Positions 42,379-46,548 of a stretch of DNA of 46,548 nucleotides are shown here, piece after piece. Location of the stretch: contig JAFTKL010000027.1 of assembly GCA_017453285.1 (NCBI GenBank), positions 1-46,548 of the forward strand. The letters run 5' to 3'. Below the pieces are notes generated by a model. That model was not told the origin of the DNA. It saw nothing but the letters and a program-made list of their open reading frames with translations, and did not search any database. The position numbers were made by a program, and so were the translations under genes. Numbering within the stretch: position 1 is the first letter of the stretch; every line of letters begins with the position of its first letter. This DNA comes from Clostridia bacterium. Lineage in GTDB: Bacteria > Bacillota > Clostridia > Oscillospirales > CAG-272.

Positions 42379-43656
42379 TCAGAACCCGTTGAGTCCCCAT
42401 TTGATCATTATTTCTTTATAATTCTTGTATGCGTAGTTGAGGTCGAAAGAGCAGTTAAAGCCGTCGATCTTGCCCTCCTCGGAGTATTGCCACATACCGA
42501 GCTGCTTGCCGTACTTCTGCTCGTTCCAGGTCGGCTTTTCGGTGAGCGGGTAGCGCGCGTACCACACGTCGTAGAGCGTGAATATCTTCGCGCCGTCGAG
42601 GATGTAGGTCAGCCAATTGTGGTTGGAATAGAGCCCCGCATAGTAGCCCTCGGACTGAAGAAGCGTGATAAAACGCTCGCACATCTCGCTAAGGTAGTTC
42701 TTGCCGAGAGCCTCAAGTGAGGCATCCTCAAGGTCGAGATATATCGGGTACTCGAACTTCTTGCCCTCAAGATAGGAAAGCAGATCGCGCGCGTCCTTCT
42801 CGATGCCCTCAAGCGTGGTCGCATAGGTGTAGAAATAAACTCCGATCTCCAGTCCCGCGGCGCGCGCGCCCTCGTAGTCCATCTCAAATGTCGGCTCAAG
42901 TCCGCTCTTGGTGCTGCCTGCCTTCAGGATCACAAAATCAACACCCGAGTCGGCGATCTTCTTCCAATCGAGCGGCAGATAGTTGTCCTCTGTGTCGGTG
43001 CCGTGGTTCCAACGCGACACATCAATGCCGCTTGCCACCACCTCGGAGCTGCCCACGTAGGCATTCTCGAGAATGTCACTGTAGTAGACGTAATCGGCGG
43101 TGTAGGAAAACGAGCACTCGCAGACGTAGGTCGTGCATCCCGGCGTCGTCGCGGTCGGGCGCGTGGTGGTCACTTCAAAGCTGTGACCGAGTGAGTCGAT
43201 ATAGTCGGACGTGTATTCGTAGTCACACGCGCGGCAGGTGTAGTGCGTAAATCCCTCGGTCGTGCAGGTCGGTTCGGTTACTTCCTTTGCGAAGCTGTGC
43301 CCGTAGGGAGTCAGAAAATCCGAGTCGTACGCGTAGCCGCAGGCGCATTCGTAGTGCGTGTAGCCCTGAGCGGTGCAGGTGGGCGGATAGATAGACATAG
43401 TCGGCTTGTGCAGAGAGCAGGGAAGATCGCGCTCTACAACCTTGCCGCACTTCTTGCACGCGCTTTCCTCGGTTCCGAGGCGGTTGCACTCGGGCTCGAG
43501 CACCGTCTGCCACTCGCCAAACTCGTGCGCGCAGGGCAGACTCTCCTTTGGTATCTCAACATCGCCGTCGGGAGTATTGCTGCCGTCCGACGAGCAGGAG
43601 AGAAGAGAGAGCAAAAGAATAATGATAAATCCAAAAATAAATATTCTGGTCTTCAA
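42379..43656 (-). CDS. GH25 muramidase lipoprotein with N-terminal Cys-rich repeats
   Basis: TTG start with RBS ggagga and a lipobox (LSLLSC). There are about 4 Cys-rich modules. The GH25 signature is GIDVSRWNH...LDWKKIADSGVDFVILKAG...YFY...DLE...WQYS. Confidence 0.8.
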   Translation of the reverse strand: MKTRIFIFGFIIILLLSLLSCSSDGSNTPDGDVEIPKESLPCAHEFGEWQTVLEPECNRLGTEESACKKCGKVVERDLPCSLHKPTMSIYPPTCTAQGYTHYECACGYAYDSDFLTPYGHSFAKEVTEPTCTTEGFTHYTCRACDYEYTSDYIDSLGHSFEVTTTRPTATTPGCTTYVCECSFSYTADYVYYSDILENAYVGSSEVVASGIDVSRWNHGTDTEDNYLPLDWKKIADSGVDFVILKAGSTKSGLEPTFEMDYEGARAAGLEIGVYFYTYATTLEGIEKDARDLLSYLEGKKFEYPIYLDLEDASLEALGKNYLSEMCERFITLLQSEGYYAGLYSNHNWLTYILDGAKIFTLYDVWYARYPLTEKPTWNEQKYGKQLGMWQYSEEGKIDGFNCSFDLNYAYKNYKEIMIKWGLNGF

Positions 43657-43697
43657 AGAAATATCCTCCGAAAATGGTCATATATGCTAACGAGGAT

Positions 43698-43726
43698 ATT
43701 GTACCACAATTTGCCGCGCTTGTCAA
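43698..43726 (-). promoter_or_regulatory. sigA-type promoter of the GH25 gene
   Basis: - strand: TTGACA (43721-43726), 17-nt spacer, TACAAT (43698-43703) with an upstream TG. Confidence 0.6.
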
Positions 43727-43766
43727 TCCTATACGCACATCTGCCGCTTGGTAATATCTTCCGTGC

Positions 43767-43795
43767 TTGACGGAGGCGCGGCAGAGTGGTATAAT
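43767..43795 (+). promoter_or_regulatory. sigA-type promoter upstream of sigma paralog 3
   Basis: TTGACG (43767-43772), 17-nt spacer, TATAAT (43790-43795) with an upstream TG. Confidence 0.6.
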
Positions 43796-43833
43796 GAAAT
43801 AAATTTTAAAATTTTTAAAAAAATTTGAAATTT

Positions 43834-43877
43834 TGAAATATTCGCACATCGTTTTGCGTCTATATAGGTGAAAGGGC
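43834..43877 (+). promoter_or_regulatory. Conserved upstream motif of the sigma paralogs, copy 3
   Basis: tgaaat-N20-ctatat-aggtgaaagggc. Confidence 0.4.
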
Positions 43878-43925
43878 CTTTCAAATCTTTCGATTCTTTC
43901 AATCCACAATGAAAGGAGTGACGGT

Positions 43926-44480
43926 ATGGATGATAAGCAAATTGTAGAACTCTTTTGGGAACGTTCCGAGGATGCAATTGCCGAGACCGATAGAAAATAC
44001 GGCAGATATATTTTGTTCATAGCCCAAAACGTGCTTTCTGATGACGAGGACGCACGCGAGGTGCAGAATGACACCTATCTGCGCACTTGGGATAGCATTC
44101 CGCCCGAGCGACCGACTGCGCTGAGAGCCTACGTCGGCGCAATATGCCGAAATCTTGCGCTCAGCAGATACAGAAGAAAATATGCGGAGAAACGCCAAGG
44201 TTGCGTGGATACCGCGATCGACGAGCTTGCCGACTGCCTGCCCGACGGGAATGACGGCGACCGCGTTGCAAGCGAGAGGATAGGTGATGCGCTCAACAGA
44301 TTTTTAGAGGGGCTTGAGCCGAACGAGAGAAAGGTGATCGTGCTGAGGTATTGGTATATGTGCAGTATCGACCGCATCGCCGAGGAATGCTCGATGAACA
44401 AAAACACCGTCGCAACGGTGCTTTTCAGAAAAAGACGAGAGCTTAAAGCTTTCTTAGAAAAAGAGGGGGTAAACGTATGA
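43926..44480 (+). CDS. RNA polymerase sigma factor, sigma-70 family (ECF-like), paralog 3
   Basis: MDDKQIVELFWERSEDAIAETDRKYG...EVQNDTYLRTW and IAEECSMNKNTVATVLFRKRREL. Confidence 0.85.
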   Translation: MDDKQIVELFWERSEDAIAETDRKYGRYILFIAQNVLSDDEDAREVQNDTYLRTWDSIPPERPTALRAYVGAICRNLALSRYRRKYAEKRQGCVDTAIDELADCLPDGNDGDRVASERIGDALNRFLEGLEPNERKVIVLRYWYMCSIDRIAEECSMNKNTVATVLFRKRRELKAFLEKEGVNV

Positions 44481-45532
44481 AGAAAGAAGATATTTTCAAT
44501 GCCTTTGAAGAGCTTGACCCGAAGTTTATAGAGGAGGCAGCGCCGAAGATGAATAAAGTAAAAAAGAACACCTTTGTTTTGCGCATCGCCGCAGTTGCCG
44601 CGTGTGTCGCCCTGCTCGTAAGTGTCGTAGTGGTAAGCACGCTTATGCTTAACCGAGAGGATGAGGATCCACCCGACGTGCCGAGTGAGACGATCACGCC
44701 CGACGAAAAGGCAGAGTACATTATGTATATTGATGTCGGTATGGATGCAAATGCTCCTCCTTTGGAGACTGATAAATTCACCGTAAAAACGGATTCAGCA
44801 GAAGAACTGGACCTTTCGTGTTTGAATAGAATAGAGAAAGAAAGCGTGGAAAATACTACAAATCAAATATCACTTGATTTGTTAAATAACCATTGGAAAC
44901 TAGAATACAATAGGACATTCGAAAGAGGTCTTTATCATAGCGACAATTTTTCACATCTCGGTACCTATGATGAATATGTCTCAGATGATGCAGTGGTATA
45001 TATCAATAAAATCAATGGAGAACTGATGTTTTTATCAGACAAGGAAATCGATAGAACAGCAGAAGGTGATTTCAGCATAGAAGAAGGCAAACAAGCGGCG
45101 AAAGAGATACTTGCTATTCTGTATGGCGAAGAAGTTCTTGAATATTATGGAGAACCAATATTTAGCGATACAGTTTTGGAGAATAATCTCAGTCTTGGAC
45201 AGGAAGTCTTGATTAAAGTTGTTTATGAAAAGGCAGCCTTAGGGTACAGAACCGACGATAGAATTACCGTTAAATTCAATAGAGAAGGAAAGTTGGTTTC
45301 TATCAATGCTATGAAACGGAATACTATGACGCGTGTAGAAGAAGATATTACCAAGGAACAGACTGACAAAGCATTGAATGTGTTGAAGCAGCAATTTCCG
45401 AATGATAAAATAGAATCAGCAATAATATCTGTTGCCGCTGATGGAAAATATTATATAACAACTACTGTTATAAGATATCTTTCAATGCATCCTGTACGTT
45501 ACCCGCTGAAGTTAGCGATGAATATACAGTAA
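44477..45532 (+). CDS. Single-pass membrane protein, putative anti-sigma partner (module 3) with an unrecognised ectodomain
   Basis: ATGA overlap with the sigma gene, N-motif DIFNAFEELDPKFIEEAAP and a TM helix (IAAVAACVALLVSVVVVSTLML). The ~270-aa ectodomain is encoded by much more AT-rich DNA. Confidence 0.75.
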   Translation: MKKEDIFNAFEELDPKFIEEAAPKMNKVKKNTFVLRIAAVAACVALLVSVVVVSTLMLNREDEDPPDVPSETITPDEKAEYIMYIDVGMDANAPPLETDKFTVKTDSAEELDLSCLNRIEKESVENTTNQISLDLLNNHWKLEYNRTFERGLYHSDNFSHLGTYDEYVSDDAVVYINKINGELMFLSDKEIDRTAEGDFSIEEGKQAAKEILAILYGEEVLEYYGEPIFSDTVLENNLSLGQEVLIKVVYEKAALGYRTDDRITVKFNREGKLVSINAMKRNTMTRVEEDITKEQTDKALNVLKQQFPNDKIESAIISVAADGKYYITTTVIRYLSMHPVRYPLKLAMNIQ

Positions 45533-45586
45533 ACGTATTGCATACTCAAGCGTACGTTTGTGCGCTTGAGTATTATAATCTAACCA

Positions 45587-45618
45587 ACCGCCTGCCGAGT
45601 TTTCGGCAGGCGGTTTTT
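45587..45618 (+). terminator. Intrinsic terminator, identical to the one at 41632
   Basis: accgcctgccgagttttcggcaggcggttttt, preceded by a second hairpin atactcaagcg..cgcttgagtat (45543-45574). Confidence 0.85.
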
Positions 45619-45824
45619 GTGCGCTTATCGTTAAATACATCTTCACTTGTTATCCGCTTTTTCTTTTGACTCATAAGGTGCAAAAGAAAAAGCTACCAAA
45701 AAGAAAACACCGAAAAGGGTGTTTCGCTCGTTGCGACGAGCGACCGACGTTTCGCCGTCGGCACACGACAAACTTTTGAAAAAGTTTGATCAAAACTTTC
45801 CTGCGGCGCACCCCATGAGGTTTA

Positions 45825-46047
45825 GATGTCACTCTTCACAATAAAATAGCAACCCGTGGTAGCCTGCTGTCCACGGGTTGCTTCCTCGCATTGATACTAA
45901 ATCACACAGCGAGAATATCGCTTTGGTTTACAGTATCCCAAACATCTTTAGAGAATATCGGCTAGAGTCACGTACAAACTCTATAACAACCCTCATTCAA
46001 GTTCTTTTGGTTCTTTTCTCCGAAAGAAAAGAACGAAAATCGCATCC
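45825..46047 (-). ncRNA. Conserved ~225-nt structured element, copy C
   Basis: ggatgcg follows the partial GH25 stop codon directly. Hairpin ttcttttc..gaaaagaa lies at 46011-46033. The terminator hairpin gcaacccgtgg..ccacgggttgc (45849-45881) is followed by a T-rich tract on the - strand, then attgtgaagagtga. Confidence 0.45.
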
Positions 46048-46548
46048 TCAAAATCCATTCAAATTCCACTTTTGCATTATTTCCTTATAATCCTTATACG
46101 CATAGTTGAGGTCAAAGCTGCCCTCGAGCCCGTCGATCTCGCCGCTTTCGGTGTACTGCCACATTCCGAGCTGCTTGCCGTACTTTTCTTCATTCCAGGT
46201 CGGCTTCTCGGAGAGTGGGTAGCGCGCGTACCAAAGGTCAAAGAGCGTGACTATCCGCGCAGTATCGAGGATCGTCGTCAGCCAGGTGTGGTTGGTGTAG
46301 AGCCCCGCGTAGTAGCCGTTCTCCTGCAGAGTGCAGAGAAAGGTTTCACACATCGCGCTGAGATTATTCTTGCCGAGGGAAGAGAGCGAAGGATCCTCGA
46401 GGTCGAGATATATCGGATATTCAAATTTCTTTCCTTTTATATAAGAGAGCAGGTCGCGTGCGTCCTTCTCGATTCCCTCAAGCGTGGTCGAATAGGTGTA
46501 AAAATACGCGCCGACCTCGAGCCCCGCCGCGCGTGCGCCCTCGTAGTC
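46048..46548 (-). CDS. GH25 muramidase, C-terminal part (5' end lies outside the window)
   Basis: The frame is open to the window edge. The translation (..YFYTYSTTLEGIEKDARDLL..MWQYTESGEIDGLEGSFDLNYAYKDYKEIMQKWNLNGF) is colinear with the C-terminal third of 42379..43656. Confidence 0.8.
   Translation of the reverse strand, partial: DYEGARAAGLEVGAYFYTYSTTLEGIEKDARDLLSYIKGKKFEYPIYLDLEDPSLSSLGKNNLSAMCETFLCTLQENGYYAGLYTNHTWLTTILDTARIVTLFDLWYARYPLSEKPTWNEEKYGKQLGMWQYTESGEIDGLEGSFDLNYAYKDYKEIMQKWNLNGF

Noticed and set aside
42379-46548. Diversity-generating retroelement (template/variable repeat) explanation for the similar GH25 3' ends and downstream repeats.
   Set aside because: There is no reverse transcriptase gene. 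The differences between copies are not adenine-specific, and the similarity extends over the whole catalytic domain as expected for ordinary paralogs.

Overview
This is a chromosomal segment from a spore-forming, Clostridia-type Firmicute. Supporting signs are spoVAD-spoVAE, CCA-encoded tRNAs, many Cys-lipobox lipoproteins and sigA-type TTGACA/TATAAT promoters. I support about 37 CDS. They include spoVAD/AE, udp, secG, truB-trmB-ychF, a GH33 sialidase-like protein and an aldo/keto reductase. There is also an OmpR/histidine-kinase pair followed by a trypsin-fold protein whose catalytic triad looks substituted. The rest comprises two tandem MgtC genes, a threonine-aldolase-family enzyme, a complete Liv-type branched-chain amino-acid ABC transporter, two tandem metallophosphoesterases, an EamA transporter, a HAD phosphatase and two tRNA-Arg genes. 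Five things stand out. (i) Three paralogous ECF-like sigma genes are each translationally coupled to a single-pass membrane partner. The partners share a ~20-aa N-terminal motif but carry unrelated ectodomains, one of which is a full serpin domain. Two of these modules lie in a tandem ~4.3-kb segmental duplication together with GH25 muramidase lipoproteins. (ii) A ~225-nt structured non-coding element occurs three times. Each copy starts 0-10 nt after the stop codon of a minus-strand gene and ends at an intrinsic terminator, and both hairpins show compensatory base changes between copies. (iii) Arrays of GTAG-tagged REP-like palindromes sit next to those elements, and there is one REPIN-like doublet. 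(iv) Repeats derived from the tRNA 3' end lie downstream of both tRNA-Arg genes, including a 3 x 144-bp tandem array. (v) There are tandem paralog pairs of acidic membrane proteins of unknown function, and of phosphoesterases sharing a Cys-containing C-terminal sorting-like signal. I saw no transposase, integrase, CRISPR array, rRNA or recognisable defence gene. All calls rest on reading the translations and the DNA by eye; no searches were run.
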